Part shown: one piece after another, positions 13,395 to 28,286 of the stretch
Position numbering within the stretch: position 1 is the stretch's first letter
Layout: every line of letters starts with the position of its first letter
Assembly: GCA_951406725.2 (NCBI GenBank)
Contig: OX597817.1
Coordinates: 54,622,001 to 54,686,000, forward strand
Direction: 5' to 3'
DNA length: 64,000 nt
Source of the DNA: Octopus vulgaris
Lineage: Eukaryota
The notes under the pieces: model-generated
The model's database searches: none
What the model was told of the DNA's origin: nothing
What the model saw: the letters and a program-made list of their open reading frames with translations, nothing else
Program-made: the position numbers and the translations under genes

Positions 13395-13655
13395 TCGTTT
13401 TGGAGACACTACTAATTTGTTATCTCCCCTTCTTCTTAGCTCTCCTGTGTGACCCTTCTGTCCGGCATTCGCCATGATAGATCGTTAGCCACTACACACA
13501 CTTTTTTCTCTCCTTGTTTCTTTCTGTGTTCCTTTCTGTGAAAGAGCGTAGGCTCGAAACGTGAAAGACTTTTTCTATTCCCGAGCGTTATACTAATACA
13601 ACTGTTTATTTTCTACACCATCTGTCTTCGTCTTTTTTTTGTGAATTCTCCTCAT
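13395..13655 (+). mobile_element. TA-flanked PLE-like element with variant HHR (13532-13567)
   Basis: cttt-CTGTGAA-a-gagc(gtag)gctc-GAAAC-gtg-aaag; homologous to 14120-14432. Confidence 0.6.
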
Positions 13656-13682
13656 ATATACATATACCTATATATGTATATA

Positions 13683-13844
13683 GGCGCAGGCGTGGCTGTG
13701 TGGTAAGTAACTTGGTTCCCAACCACATAGTTCTGGGTTCAGTTCTACTGTGTGGCACCTTGGGCAAGTATCTTCTAGTACAGCTTCGGGTCGAACAAAG
13801 CCTTGGAGTAAATTTGTTAGACAGAAACTGAAAGAAGCCCGTCG

Positions 13845-13875
<31 letters not shown>

Positions 13876-14046
13876 ATTTGAGTCTTTGTGTTTACCCCAC
13901 ACAGCGCTTGGAAGTCAATGTTGGTGTATTTACATCCCTGTAACTTAGCTGTTCAGCAAAAGATACCGATAAAATAATTATAAGGTTTAGAAAGACTAAG
14001 TCCTGGTCGTAGTCAAATGACTGAAACAAGTAAAAAGTTAAATAAA
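13683..14046 (+). mobile_element. Near full-length tRNA-derived SINE family A
   Basis: A box tggctgtgtggtaag, B box ggttcagtt, central (TA/TG)n, 3' tail gactgaaacaagtaaaa. Confidence 0.85.
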
Positions 14047-14082
14047 ATGATATATATGTATATATAAACATATATTAATATA

Positions 14083-14119
<37 letters not shown>

Positions 14120-14123
<4 letters not shown>

Positions 14124-14431
14124 TTTTAGCTGGTCCCTCAACCCATTTATCAACCCTATTATCTCCCCTTATTTCGCTCTCGCGTCTCATGTTTCATCTT
14201 TGACCTCTGGCCGAAATCAGATCGCCATGTTGATTCGTTAGCTACTGCACGCATTTTTTTCTCTCCTTCTTTCTGTGTTTTTCTCTCTCTGTGTATCTTT
14301 CTGTTGAAGAGCGTAGGCTCGAAACGTTAAAGACTTGTTTTATTTATATTTCCTGAGCGCCATACTAATACAATTGTTCGTTTGTTTTCCACCTGCCTTC
14401 GTCTTTTGTTTATTTTCATAAAGCTTCCCGT

Positions 14432-14432
<1 letters not shown>
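14120..14432 (+). mobile_element. TA-flanked PLE-like element with variant HHR (14296-14333)
   Basis: tcttt-CTGTTGA-a-gagc(gtag)gctc-GAAAC-GTT-aaaga; (TA)n on both sides. Confidence 0.65.
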
Positions 14433-14474
<42 letters not shown>

Positions 14475-15108
14475 TTATTGTGAGTGAGAGAGAGAGGAAC
14501 AGTTTTATATCGGTGTCAGCTGCAACTAAATCTGTGAGCGCGTGTCAGATTGTACATATATGTACGCACGTATATATGTATATATCTATGTATGTGTATT
14601 TATATCTATACATACATACACACATATATATATATATGTATATATATATGTATGTGTTTGTGTGTGTGTGTGTGTGTGCGTGTGTATGTATATGTGTGTA
14701 TTGAGAAACGCACAGATCTTGACAGGTTCGTGGATGTGTTTAGAAGAAACTATGGTTTATTAAGTCCTAAGAAGCGAAGACAGAATCGATCGAACGCTAA
14801 GACCTAAACATTGAGTAGAGATGTAGAGAAGCAAGGAAGCCGGAACATCGGTAGGTGGAGCTGTAGGGTGGCTAATATGGTGGTGGGGGCGGCGTGGACA
14901 GTCTCACTTTAAAAATCGTAGTGACAGCTGTCAATATATTACTAGCAGAGGATTTGTATCGTCTTTTCAGAGAATTCGGTTGCATCTTAGAGTGGAAGCT
15001 GTGGACTTGATGACAGTTTAGGTTGGCAAACGGAAACAGCTGTGTGACACCGTTTATATCGATAATTATTGATATTTTGTATATGATTGATTGATAAATG
15101 TATAGGTC

Positions 15109-15110
<2 letters not shown>

Positions 15111-15163
<53 letters not shown>

Positions 15164-15236
15164 GTATATATATATGTATATATATATATATGTATATATA
15201 TATATGTATATATATATATGTATATATATCTATATA

Positions 15237-15318
<82 letters not shown>

Positions 15319-15421
15319 CATATGTATATATATATGTATTTATAAATATATATGTATATATATATGTATGTATATATATAAGTATGTATATATATATATA
15401 TGTAGTTGAAAAAAGGTTATA

Positions 15422-15464
<43 letters not shown>

Positions 15465-15548
15465 GTATATATATATATGTATATATATATATGTATATAT
15501 GTATATATGTATATATATATATATATGTATATATATCTATATATATTG

Positions 15549-15585
<37 letters not shown>

Positions 15586-15591
15586 GTATGT

Positions 15592-15632
<41 letters not shown>

Positions 15633-15838
15633 TGTATATATATATATGTATTTATAAATATATATGTATATATATATGTATGTATATATATAAGTATGTA
15701 TATATATATATATATGTATGTATATATATATGTATATATATATGTATTTATAAATATATATGTATATATATATATGTATGTATATATATAAGTATGTATA
15801 TATATATATATGTATGTATATATATATATGTATATATG
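15111..15838. repeat. About 730-bp (TA)n/(TATG)n tract with internal higher-order duplications
   Basis: Motifs such as gtatttataaatatatatg and ataagtatg recur three times. Confidence 0.95.
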
Positions 15839-16514
15839 ACTCTATTATACTTTCTATTCTTTCATTCTTTCCTTCTTTCTATCAGCCCTTTCACACTTAC
15901 TTCGTTCATTCCACCTCGTTCTTTCGTTATCCCTCTCTCACAGCTCCTGGCCTTCCCTTCATGCTCATTTTCCCTCCTCTTTCATTTCACTCTGTCCCTT
16001 TCATTTTCTTCTTCCCACTCCTTAATTCTTCTATCCCTCTGCCTCTACCTCTCTCTCTTCTCTCTTCACGTGACCAGTGTTCGGCCAAACCTGACCTTTC
16101 TTTCTTGGTTCGACTACCATCCGTGCAACTTCTATATTCATTCCAGTGCTTGTGAAAGCTTGTATCCCAGCTGTAAGGCTTTGCTTCTAAACAAGCTTAA
16201 TTTAATTCGTCCTTAGTCGAAAGACACCTGTTGTTATGTCCTGTTATTTGAATCTGTGTAACCTTTCCCGTTTTTTCCGTCCTTGTTTTCATATACACTC
16301 GCTGCTTTCTTCCAAGGAATCTAATGCTCTTAGCTGGTCAGATTGGAGCAATCTCGAGTATAACGAGTTGAAATTTTAAAGATAATCTGGAACACGACTG
16401 AGGGAAGAAAACTCTGAATGACCCGTCCTTGTTTTCTTTGTAGCGTCTACCTGGATGTTTTGTTGACCCTTTTTTGTATTACCTAACTGTCTGGATATTT
16501 TGCGTTCTTGTCCC

Positions 16515-16569
<55 letters not shown>

Positions 16570-16770
16570 TTTCATTTATTCGTTTCAGTGATTTGACTGT
16601 TGCCATGCTGGAGATTCTCCTTTAGTTAAACAAATCGCTCACAGAACTTATTCTTTGTAAGCCTAGTACTTATTCTATCGGTTTCTTTTGGCAACCCATT
16701 AAGTTACGGGGGCGTAAACATACGAACATTGGTGTCAAACAATTGTTAGGGGACAAACACAGACATACAA
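16570..16770 (-). mobile_element. SINE family A 3' half
   Basis: cttattctttgtaagcctagtacttattctatcgg..aagttacgggg, as at 42040-42110. Confidence 0.8.
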
Positions 16771-17748
16771 ATAAAGTGTCTTGATCAAGGTCATAACACA
16801 TAGGTGGGGATCGAACTCCCCAACTTAAGATCCAAAGCCAAATACCCTAACCACTAAACTATATACCTTCATACTTCAATGAGTAAAATTAGTAAAAGGA
16901 TTACATTAGTGTCACATGATGGAATTGATGAAGGACTGGCTAACACAGATCGTGTCGTATAGCCAGCTGGAAACGATGTCTCCTGGGGCTAAATTACAGC
17001 AACGTTCGTCCTAAACCAGGGCTGCCATGTTATCTTGGCAAATAATCTCTACTCTGTCTAACGTATTTATCTTGATACCGCAGACTTTCATCAAAAGGAC
17101 ACTTTTGTTTAAAAGAGAAGTCTCCTCTTACCATCCCATGGTAAGCTTTCAGACCCTTAGATGACTGCTGGGCTACACTATGTGACCCAGACAATGTCCA
17201 GTAACTCGCAGCCATGTTTTTGCTATGGAATTAGTGACCATCAAGACGGAGTGTGTTGGGGTGTGACATGCGATCAATTTTGTATACTGAAAGCAGAGCT
17301 CCATCTAAGGTGCAACTGTCATCATGGCCGTATAAGTTGTGATCGCTGATGATAATGGGTGACGATGATGACGATGGTGATAAAGATTGTTGTGATGATG
17401 AGGAGGAGGAGGAAGGGGAGGTTGATGATTATGGGAGCGATCATGACTGTACGACCTAAGATTCCAGTGGTGGCCACACCGTCTCAGATGGAATCCGCCA
17501 GAGGGTGGCCATTGCTGTTCTTCATTTATATTTTGCGTGCCGCCTGTTTGGATGCTAATGCATCAATTAATGCAGTAACTGTTGGTGTGTTTCGCTGTTG
17601 TTATTTCGATGTTTTGCTCTGAGAAATGCGTTTGAGATGTCTTGAAAATGGCAGGAAATACTGGATAAATTAATCCTGACACTAAGTATCTTTGTATTCT
17701 ATGCACAAAGCTTATATTTAAGACACACATACATATGTATGTATGTAT

Positions 17749-17800
<52 letters not shown>

Positions 17801-17978
17801 GTATATATGTAAATACATATATATATTGTCATAATTCACTGTCAGTCGACATCGCTTAATTGTAACGAAAGGAAATGGACATTAGTTCTAAATTGTTGGA
17901 GACAGACAACTACCTGTCTACCTGTTTGTATGCATGTATGTATATATGTATGTATGTAAGATGAATGTATATATGTAT

Positions 17979-18082
<104 letters not shown>

Positions 18083-18918
18083 ATGTCTGTCTGTCTGCCT
18101 GTCTGTGTATCTATGTATGCAACCAGCGAGAACAACAAATCCAGCTCGGTTTTTGGGTCTCGCATGAGAATTTGTCGTCTCTGAGATAGGAAATTGGGAA
18201 TAAACATTTACTGATGTTGCGAGTAGGCACTGAAAAAGCCGAAAATGACCAAGATCCATCTGACGATCACACTTGCAGCTGTTAGAACGAATTTTAGTTT
18301 CTTTCCGATATGTATTGTGCTTTTAACGCAGTAAGTCGATGTTGTTTCAGGACAAGTACCGCAGTAACTGGCCCATCAACAATTTATATACCTTAAAAAT
18401 ATAACATAGATTTGACTTTGGTGAGATTTGATCTCAAAACATTCGGGTTTTAACTTAAAACCGCAAGGAATTTGATCCATTCCTCTGTAATTTTTATCAC
18501 CCATCATTCTAATCATGGCAAAAAATAAAAACTTACAACACGAAATAACATTTCATAATAGTTTTTCAAGTATTTTATGCTGTACAGTTCTAAGTTATAT
18601 ATTGCAACATTCAGAAACCATTAAACAAATACATAAAGCCCTACACAACAATATATGCAAGAATTATTCTCTGTAGTCCAGCTGCAGTTGTTGCCGCTGC
18701 TCGGATTGATACCGCTGGTGGTGGCGGTAGCGGCTACGCCATTACTGTTGCTGTCAGCACTCCTGCACGTCTCTTCTGTAACTACAATTATTATAAGCCG
18801 CCATAACACAGCATTAGAAATATATTAATACTGGGATATAGATAGAGATAATGTTTTTTATGGGATGCTTCTAATATTAAATAATATTTGTTATTTTTAT
18901 TATTATTATTATTATTAC

Positions 18919-18975
<57 letters not shown>

Positions 18976-19486
18976 CATTTTGTTTTTCAAAGGGAAAATA
19001 TAGTGTTTTTTTATGAAGCATATCTCTATAGTTTCGTAACGTTGGAGATGTTAATGGCAGAATATTGTATTTTATTTTATTTTATTTCATTTTATTTTAT
19101 TTTATTTTATTGTATTTTATTTATTTTTTTGAAAATGGTGGACTTGGCAATTTCTGGTCGCATGATTACACAACAAATACAGTATTTATGATTTGCACGC
19201 ACACGCACGCACACACCCACATACACATGCACACACACACACACATACACACACACACACACGAATGCACACACACACACGCATACAGACACACATATAC
19301 ACACACATACACTCACGGACGTACAAACATACACACAACATACGGAAGTGCAAACAGACCTGCACACATACACGTATATATATACATCCTATATATGTGT
19401 TTATATGCATATATATACATACATATGTGTATATAAGTGTAATTATATAAGCATATATATATGCATATATTCATACATATGTATAG

Positions 19487-19546
<60 letters not shown>

Positions 19547-20430
19547 ATATGTATATAGATATATATACATATGTGCATAATTATGCACATACACCCCTAC
19601 ACACGTACATGCACGCTTATATATGCCGTGGTTAGGTCGACGACACACAAACACACGTTGTCTTCTACATGGCTATTTATAATCGTGTCAGACATATTAA
19701 AATCTTATACATAGATCGATGAGGTTTGATCAAGATGTTGATCATGTGGATGATGATGATGATGATGATGATGATGCTTTTAGCAATATCTCTGATAGTA
19801 ATGGTTGTTTGTTCATCCTAACTAATAAGAACAAAATAAAAAATATTAACTAATAATGGTTATAACAACAATAATAATTTCTTTATTGGCTAGTATTTAC
19901 CTCAAGGGCAACATATAGAAAGACATTACGAATGTTGAAGGGTTTGTATAGTTAAGGCTGTAAAAGAGAAATAAAATTGGTGAACGAATTTATAAAGATA
20001 TGGAATGAAATAAAACTTTCCAAGAATGTGAGTAGCTATGTAGGGCTAGTCAAGGAAACTCACAGGCCTTCAAGCACCCTTAGTGCTTGTGAAACCGCTT
20101 TATTTTAGTGGTGGTCTGCAGTCGAAAAGGGAATTCTGAGGGATGGTGCATTCAAAGAAGTCAATCGCGCAATCTCCACTACCTTTCCTACAAATTAACT
20201 GTACGTTCACTAGTTTAATCTCTACATTCATGTTTCATCCGAAGGGGAATGAAAGGAAACCAACGAGAGTTTGGTAGAAGAGCAAAATGTTTTTATTCAG
20301 CATTTTCAGTCTTGTTCTCTATGCAGTGACTTTCACAATGACCCATCGCACAATAGAAAACTGTCCATCTTCCTCAAACCAGATGACGCATAGGATAGAT
20401 GGTATCAATAATAAAAACTGTACTTCATGT

Positions 20431-20802
20431 GGAGGTACAATGGCCTAGTGGTTAGGGCAGCAGACTCGCGGTCATAGGATCGCGGTTTCGATTCCTAGAC
20501 CGGGCGTTGTGAGTATTTATTGAGCGAAAACACCCGAAGCTCCACGAGGCTCCGGCAATGGGTGGTGGCGCATCATGCTGCACTCTTTCACCACACCTTT
20601 CTCTCACTCTTTCTTCCTGTCTCTGCTCTACCTGTATTTCAAAAAACCACCATCCTTGTCATATTCTGTGTCACGCTGAATCTCCCTGAGATCTACGTTG
20701 AGTGTACACGTGTCTGTGGAGTGCTCAGCCACTTGCATGTTAATTTCACGAGTAGGCTCTTCCGTTGATCGGATCAACTGAAACCCTCGTCGTCGTAACC
20801 GA
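20431..20802 (+). mobile_element. tRNA-derived SINE family D
   Basis: A box tggcctagtggttag, B box ggtttcgattcc; second copy at 55486-55852. Confidence 0.85.
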
Positions 20803-21127
20803 TCCTTCATGTCACGACAGCGATTGGACATGTCAGTGATTCTCAGACTCTTATGAAGAATGATTCTGTTGCCCCATGTGCTTCTCAGACAGAACTGCTC
20901 AACTTCGTTATCATACTGCTAAAGCTTTTTGCCTAATCAACAATATCCCATCCCCACGGTAGCATTGCAAGGATTTTTGGAGATTTATTATATTTCGCTG
21001 ATATTCGTCAACTCCAAGAGCCTTTTCTGGTTTGACTTCGTCATGAATGACGTCACACTCTGCCCTACACGCAAAGTATGTTGGATCTGGCAGTAGACAG
21101 ACCTTTTCAGCGAGATGGGCTACTCAA

Positions 21128-22408
21128 ACCAGATTTAGGTCAAGGGTACTGGCTAAAGAAATTTAGCAGTTTACATGGGAGACTGAGGGAATAACTTCAG
21201 GATTGCCTGAATGGAGAAGCAACACCAAACTGGATGAAGAGAATGAGAAGAGGTCTTATGAAAAACAAAAGCGAGTAGTAACTATAGACCAATCACTTGC
21301 TTACTGTTAGTTTGGAAGCTACTGACAGGAATGCTCTCAGTAAGTATTTCTGATCACCTTGACTGCCAGAATTCGCTGCAAGAAGAACGGAAAGGCTCTT
21401 GGAAAAGGTTAGAGCAAAGTATGATCTATTATACATAGAGAAAGTAATTCTAAATGAAATAAAATCCAGAAAGAAAATTTTAACAATAGCATGGATAGAT
21501 TATAAGAAGGCTTAAGACATGATTCCACACACAAGAAGAAGTGAATGTTTGAGTGTATTCAGTATTGTAGAGAACATAAGAGAATTAATTAGCTTTAGCA
21601 TGAAAAAAATGGTAAAGTAGATCTCTACTCAGTGACATTAGCCTTAGGGAAAGTTAATATCAAGAGAGAAATGTTTGAAAGAGACTCATTATCCCTTTCA
21701 ATATTTGTCTTATGTTTAATCCCTCTCGGTTTGGTATTAATGGGGGCAAGGGATAGGTATCAGTTCAGAAATAGTGATGGTAAAATTAACCATTTGTTCT
21801 ACATTGATGATCTGATGCTTTTTAGTAAGAATAAAAAATATATAGATTCTTTAATACAAACTGTAAGACTCTTCAGCAAAGATATAAGCATGGAATTTGG
21901 CATAGATAAGTGTGCAAGATTAGTCATACAAAAGGTACAGGTGGTTAACAGCGTAGGCATCCAATTACCAGATGTCCAGATGTTAAAATCACTGAAAGAA
22001 GGAGAGAATCTGACAGAGTACTGACTATAGAAATGAAAACGAAAATTGAGAAGGAGTACATCAGAATGGTGAGGAGGCTAATGAAACCAAAGCTAAATGG
22101 TCCGAATCTAGTGAAGGCTGTAAATACTTGGAAAGTATATTGACTAAGATATTCAGCATGAATAACAACATCAACAAAAAATCTGAATTAACAAAGCTCG
22201 ACAGAAGACCTAGGAAAGAATTCAATATGATTGGAGAACTTCATCCAAGAGCAGGAGTAGCAAGATGGAAAGGAAGATGGAAAGATGGAAGAGTGTTAAT
22301 AGAAGACTAGAGTAGATATCGCCTCCTATGTAGTTAATAATGAAGAAAGTTTATTAAGAGCTGCTAGAGTCACAGTAGGAGACAGGGAAACCAAAAACGC
22401 AGATGAAG
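21128..22408 (+). pseudogene. R4/Dong-type non-LTR retrotransposon reverse transcriptase remnant
   Basis: GYWLKKFSSLH, NYRPITCL..WKLLTG, AWIDYKKA*DMIPH, INHLFYIDDLMLFSK, MEFGIDKC; many stops and frameshifts. Confidence 0.9.
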
Positions 22409-22409
22409 T

Positions 22410-22557
22410 GTTTAACTGGTACTTAATTTATAGACCCCGAAAGGATGAAAGGCAAAGTCGACTTCGGTGGCATTTGAACTCAGAACTTAAAGACACATGA
22501 AATACCGCTGCTAAACATTTCGCCCAGCGTGTTAAAGTTTCTGCCAACTCACCGCCC

Positions 22558-22558
<1 letters not shown>
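22410..22558 (-). mobile_element. SINE family C
   Basis: Reverse complement of the head and body seen at 26755-26900. Confidence 0.85.
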
Positions 22559-22769
<211 letters not shown>

Positions 22770-22771
22770 TA

Positions 22772-23013
22772 AAATAATAGTACTGTGGGGAACAGTAAGC
22801 CAAATTATAGACAAATGTCTGAACAAGATTGGAAAAGAATGTTCAGTAGATCTCCCTCAGGATGTTTATCTCTTGAGGGCGACAAGGATTAGTAGGAGGC
22901 TCCTAAGCACCTGAAAGACCGCTGAAAACTTGTAGATACCTGAGGTTTCAGCTAGTAACCTGCTTCCATGAAATTCCTACCAGGAATAAGACTGAGCCTG
23001 AGCCAAACCAAAA
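22772..23013 (+). pseudogene. R4/Dong-type RLE C-terminus and 3' UTR
   Basis: IIVLWGTVSQIIDKCLNKIG..LLRATRISRRLLST* resembles the PxxxGALG..LQK.ALLGTARILR tail; ends in AAT-rich sequence. Confidence 0.65.
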
Positions 23014-23040
23014 CAATAATATTAATAATGATGATAATAA

Positions 23041-23560
23041 CAGTCTCATGGCTCTCATGGCTTCTGATCTTAACTGATTGGAAGTGTTATAATGTACGTT
23101 ATTTTTGTCTTGGTATAAAAGATGGGCTACCGCAAATATTCTGCTCAATACCACAGATTTGCTTGCCAGTTGTTTGACCTTAACCAGTTGAGCATGTCCC
23201 TTGGTGGCTGACGATATGTGCATCTCTGATCAGGAGCAGAAGTAGTGGGGGAATATCATAGCCATGTGTTGAGAGGGATTCTTTGGGGTTTGAATAATTC
23301 ACCTCTGGAAACATGGGTGTTTCGTTCAACATCCTTAAACAACCCTTATTCAGAGACCTTTTAAGTGGGATGGGCTACTCGACCTGAAGAAAATTCTAAC
23401 TGGGCTCCACCTGCAAGCTCATGCGCTGCTTATCTTGCTGTGAGATCACCATGTCGCCCAAATATGGTTGTAATGCATGACGGGTAGTCATGATGGGTAT
23501 ACTGGACTTCGTATATTCTACCCCAATGTCACTTTGATGGCATGCACAGCTCTCTCACTC
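23041..23560 (+). mobile_element. AAT-associated element E
   Basis: Closely matches 35940-36490; AAT-rich flanks. Confidence 0.9.
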
Positions 23561-23576
23561 AGTGATGATGATAATA

Positions 23577-23649
<73 letters not shown>

Positions 23650-26049
23650 TAATAATAATACTGCTTTGCATTCACACGAACCTAGAAATTTTCGGTGAGG
23701 TGTTAGTTGATTAAATCGACCCCATTATCTGACTGGTACTTTGTCTTACCGAGTGGGGAAAGATGAAAGGCAACAATGACCTGAGTGAGATTTGAACACA
23801 AGAGCTAAAGAACCGGGGAAAATTTTGTTACGGCACTGTCGATTCTCTCTTCTTTTGACGCTCTAACAATTCCGCCATAGCAGCAAAACAACAACGTGAA
23901 TAACTGTAATAAACAGACAAAAATGTGGGAAAAAAGAAATCGCCATCATTATCGTCATCATCAGCAGCAGCAACAGCAGCAACGACGTAAACACTCTGGA
24001 AACAGCAACAACAAGAACAACAGCGAACAACAACGAGTAATAAACGAAGCAACATCACAAAAAAAAAAGAAAAGAAAAGAAGAGTAATATTGAGTAAAAA
24101 ATATCAAGAAAATAATCATGAGTAGCAGGAAAACAACAACAATAAATACAACATGCACCACCAGTGCCAACAACAACAACAACAACAACAACGAAAGCAA
24201 CAAAAATATTTAGCAAAAATAACCGAAAAATATATGTAAAAAAAACAACGGTATAGAATTGTAAACAACAACAACGCAAACAGTTTGAAAAAAACATAAA
24301 AAATGCAAGATGAACAATAACAATGTTTTGAACACAAATAACATCAACAACAACAACAACATCATTATCACAACAACATCACCACCACCAACAACAATAA
24401 TAATATCAACATCATTATCAGCAACAATAACGACAGCATGAACATTATAACAACAACAACAACAACACAGTTATAGCGACACCAGCATTAACAACTTCAA
24501 CACATCAACAACAACAACAACAACAACCACAACCACAATAGCAACTACTGCAATGGCTGCACTTATAAAATATTACAAAAATGTATTCAAGCAATGCCGT
24601 GTTGCTTGAACGTAATTGTGGTTGCCAAGGCAACACAAGTGATTCTAACGCGCAGTCTTCAGATAATGGTCTCCAGTAACTTTGAAGGAATCCATTAAAA
24701 ATATCAAACAGTTACATAAATATTTCCGAGTGGGTGACCAATGTCACTGAACCAGAAGGTAATACACTGGCTGAGTAGACAAGCCTGATCAGGTTTCAAA
24801 TATCTATTGATGCACCTTGGTTTCATTTTTCTTTCGTAAATAATCTAAGAACTGTGGATTAGCAAAACCAGTGGAGCATCGAATAAAGCGTCTTGCAATT
24901 TTTATTCACATCTCTGTGTTCAAATCTTACCGATTTAGACTGCTTTCACTCCCCCGGTGTTGTTAGAAACAATACCAAACATGACTGCAAATTATGCATA
25001 GCTTTAGGGCCAAGAATTCCACCATACTATTTAATTCCAGATGTGAGATTTTCACCAAATGCAAGTATATGGACAAATTACCTTTGTCATCTGGGGGACA
25101 TTACGCTTTGCAGATTGAATAGCTGTAAAGCAGATTTTGGACCGCACTCCTTTGAATTATTCTACAGCAACTAGTTGTTTAATTATGACTTCTACAGTTA
25201 AAGAGGACGTAACTCTAATTTTCTTTCTTTTCTTTCCTTTCTTTTCCTGTTTTTAATCTCCCTTTGCTTTCATATTTCAGTTTTAGTATCAATCTTCCGG
25301 TATCTTTTTGTCTCTCGTGGTATCTCATGTTCCAGCGTCTGATTTTCAAATAGAACGAACCAAGTTCTCAAAGCCTGAAAATTGTTTGGAGTCACAAGGC
25401 GCGTTATAAAACTTGCCTAACCACGTGTCTTAATGGCAAGAAACTATTAGTGACTCTTGTGTTAATACGGTGTACATCAAATAATATTTAACTGTCATTG
25501 TATGGCATACTTTGTTATACACATAGATACAGAAGTTTTATACCATATGTTTCATAAACACTTCGGTGATTCTATTCTGCAGCTTGAAATAAGATTCCAG
25601 CCGACAAATTTTACATTCTATTAAACCACTCCTAGGAGGTCGCTTGTCTCATATTCAGAAGTTGATTAATTTAACATACATAACTTCATAATTCTGGCAA
25701 TCATAACAAACGATGAGGTTTTACAATGTAATATGTCCTAGTGGGTTCAATGTTCGAAAACCATTTTAGCTCATATATATGTTGTATATTTGTTAACAGT
25801 GAGTCTAAATATATGCATTAATGAAATACAGGATGCCGCAGAAATTAACGCCCTTTCTAACTTAGCAATTTTTACAGTACAAAAATTGTGTTCTTTTGTA
25901 AATTTTATTATATAAGAATTTATTACAGGAGTTAAAGGAACGAAGAAAACCAATTAATGAAAATAAATTGCTGTAGTTTTATGAAATGTATAAAGTATTC
26001 CAAGTATTCAATCAAAACTACGTATCTTCATTATGAGAAAAAAATTAAC

Positions 26050-26380
26050 ATGTTCAAAAGCCCCCCCCCTGCTTTCGTTTTTAGTACATGCTGAACACTG
26101 CCGGCAACATTTCTACAAACCTTTTGACACCTTTCCCAGTTAATCGTAGAAAATTTAACAGAAATTACTTGTTTGAATTAAGGAATCATTTTCGGTTTCA
26201 GGGAACAAACAAGATTTTTCAATACTCTCACAAGATAAAGTCGGGTGATGTTAGGTATGGTGATCGTGATGGCCACTTAGTTGCTCTCCGCTGTCCTATA
26301 CTCCTCTCAAAATTAAGATTTAACCATTCCCGAACGTTTAACCTACAGTGAGGCCATGCACCATACTGTACAAAGTAGAA
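26050..26380 (-). pseudogene. Tc1/mariner-superfamily transposase C-terminal remnant
   Basis: QYGAWPHCRLNVREWLN..SIGQR..WPSRSPYLTSPDFIL matches QDGAPPH..V..WL..WIGR..WPPRSPDLTPLDFFLW. Confidence 0.75.
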
Positions 26381-26534
26381 AACTATAAAAAAATACAAAT
26401 ATGAAAGGGCGTTACTGTATTGAAAACAAATTTTGTACAGATGTTTAATCACAACCAAGACTACTGTACTTCTACTCGGACAATTAACACATATTTTATT
26501 ATAGCTTTCTGATATGATTGTTAATATTTGAAGA

Positions 26535-27170
26535 TATGGTAAAGTGGAGAGCTGACAAAATCGCTACTTAGCGTCATTTATCCTGTCCGCACGTCCTGAG
26601 TTTAAATTCCGTGGAGGTCGGCTTTGCCTTTTAATCCTTTAACGGTCGATAAAGTAAGTACCAATCGAGTACTAGGGTCGGAGTAATCGAATTATGCCCT
26701 CCTCCGGAAACTGCTCGCCTTGTGCCAAAATTTGAAACGTATATTTCAAAATGAGAAGGCGGCGAGTTGGCAGAAACGTTAGCACGCTGGTTCAAATGCT
26801 TAGCGGTATTTCGTCTGCCGCTACGTTCTGAGTTCAAATTCCGCCGTGGTCGACTTGGCTTTTTATCCTTTCGGGGTCGATTAAATAGGTATCAGTTACG
26901 TACTTGGGTCGATGTAATCGACTTAATCTGTTGTTTGTCCCCTCTATGTTTAGCCCTGTGTGGGCAATAAATAAGAAACGTTAGCACGCCGGGCAAAATG
27001 ATTAGCGGCATTTTGTCCGTTTTTACGTACAGATTCCGCCGAGGTCACCTTTGCCTTGCATGCTTTCACAGTTGATAAATCGAGTACCAGTTACACACTG
27101 GGGTCAATGTAATTGACGTACAGCCTCCCCTCGAAATCGTTGGCCTTCTGCCATAATTGAAACCGATATT
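26535..27170 (+). mobile_element. Tandem cluster of three SINE family C units
   Basis: Head and body motif repeated at about 26545, 26755 and 26975. Confidence 0.85.
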
Positions 27171-27450
27171 TAAAGGTGTTTGTTTCACCTCATATCTTCC
27201 ATCTGCTTGACCCAGGAATTCATTTCATTGTTTATCACTTGTTTACTAAAATATTTTAAAGAGTTGGGTTCCAGAAAGTTTGGTATTATGCATTGGAAAA
27301 CCAGACTCTTTCAACTGTTCAGCTTCTTTAAATTCTTAAGATGAATAGATGAGAGACGAAAAGTGTTGATGAGGAGATTGTGGAAAGATTATACAGCTGC
27401 TGCGCTACATGTGCCTGGATGCGAGTGAGTACACACAGAATGAAGGAAAG

Positions 27451-27483
<33 letters not shown>

Positions 27484-27649
27484 ATGAGAAAAAGAGTGAC
27501 AGAGAGATGGGGAAGAATTGAAGATCGAGTTTCTGCTGCTACGGAAGGAAGCCGAATGAGCCAGCGTAGTATGTGAAATAGTTACAAGAATATGGATATC
27601 AAAAGTAGCAACGAACATAAGAGGCAAATGGTGAAAAAAAGAGGAGCTG

Positions 27650-27850
27650 TAGGAGTAGTAGTGGCAGTAGTAGTAGTATTATTAGTAGTAGTAGTTGTAG
27701 TAGTAGTAGTAGTGGTGGTGTGGTGATGGTAGTGTTGGTGGTAGTAGTAGTAGTAGTAGTAGTAGAAGTAGTAGTATTTATGGGGTGTGGTGATGGTGGT
27801 GGTGGTTGTGGTAGCAGTAATAGTAGTAGTAGTAGTAGTAGTAGAAGAAG

Positions 27851-27881
<31 letters not shown>

Positions 27882-28225
27882 GGAGAGGTAGTAGTAAATA
27901 GATGAAGAATAGAATGGGAAGAAAAAGAGAAATAACAATAGCGTCCACAACAATAAGTGAATGAAGATGTGAGGACTTTTTGGAGGCTGATCAATTGGTT
28001 GGAGAAGGAATATGAAATGGAAGGAAGAGAGAAAGAAAACCTGATGACTTATGATGATGTAACGAGGAGGACAATATTGGTTGGGAAAATGAAACAAAAA
28101 TAACGATAACATCACCATAAACATCATTATCGTCAACAGCTACAACAACAACATTATAAACAAAAACACCAAGAAGAAGAACAACAACAACAGTAGTAGC
28201 AGCAACAGCAATAATAATAATAATG

Positions 28226-28286
<61 letters not shown>

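Noticed and set aside
15840-16520. TA-flanked segment that may be another PLE-like element
   Set aside because: Single copy in the window; no intact HHR core or coding motif found.
17430-17640. GC-richer unique segment, possible exon or conserved non-coding element (also 10600-10960 and 18670-18790)
   Set aside because: No recognisable peptide or paired splice signals; conservation cannot be assessed without alignment.
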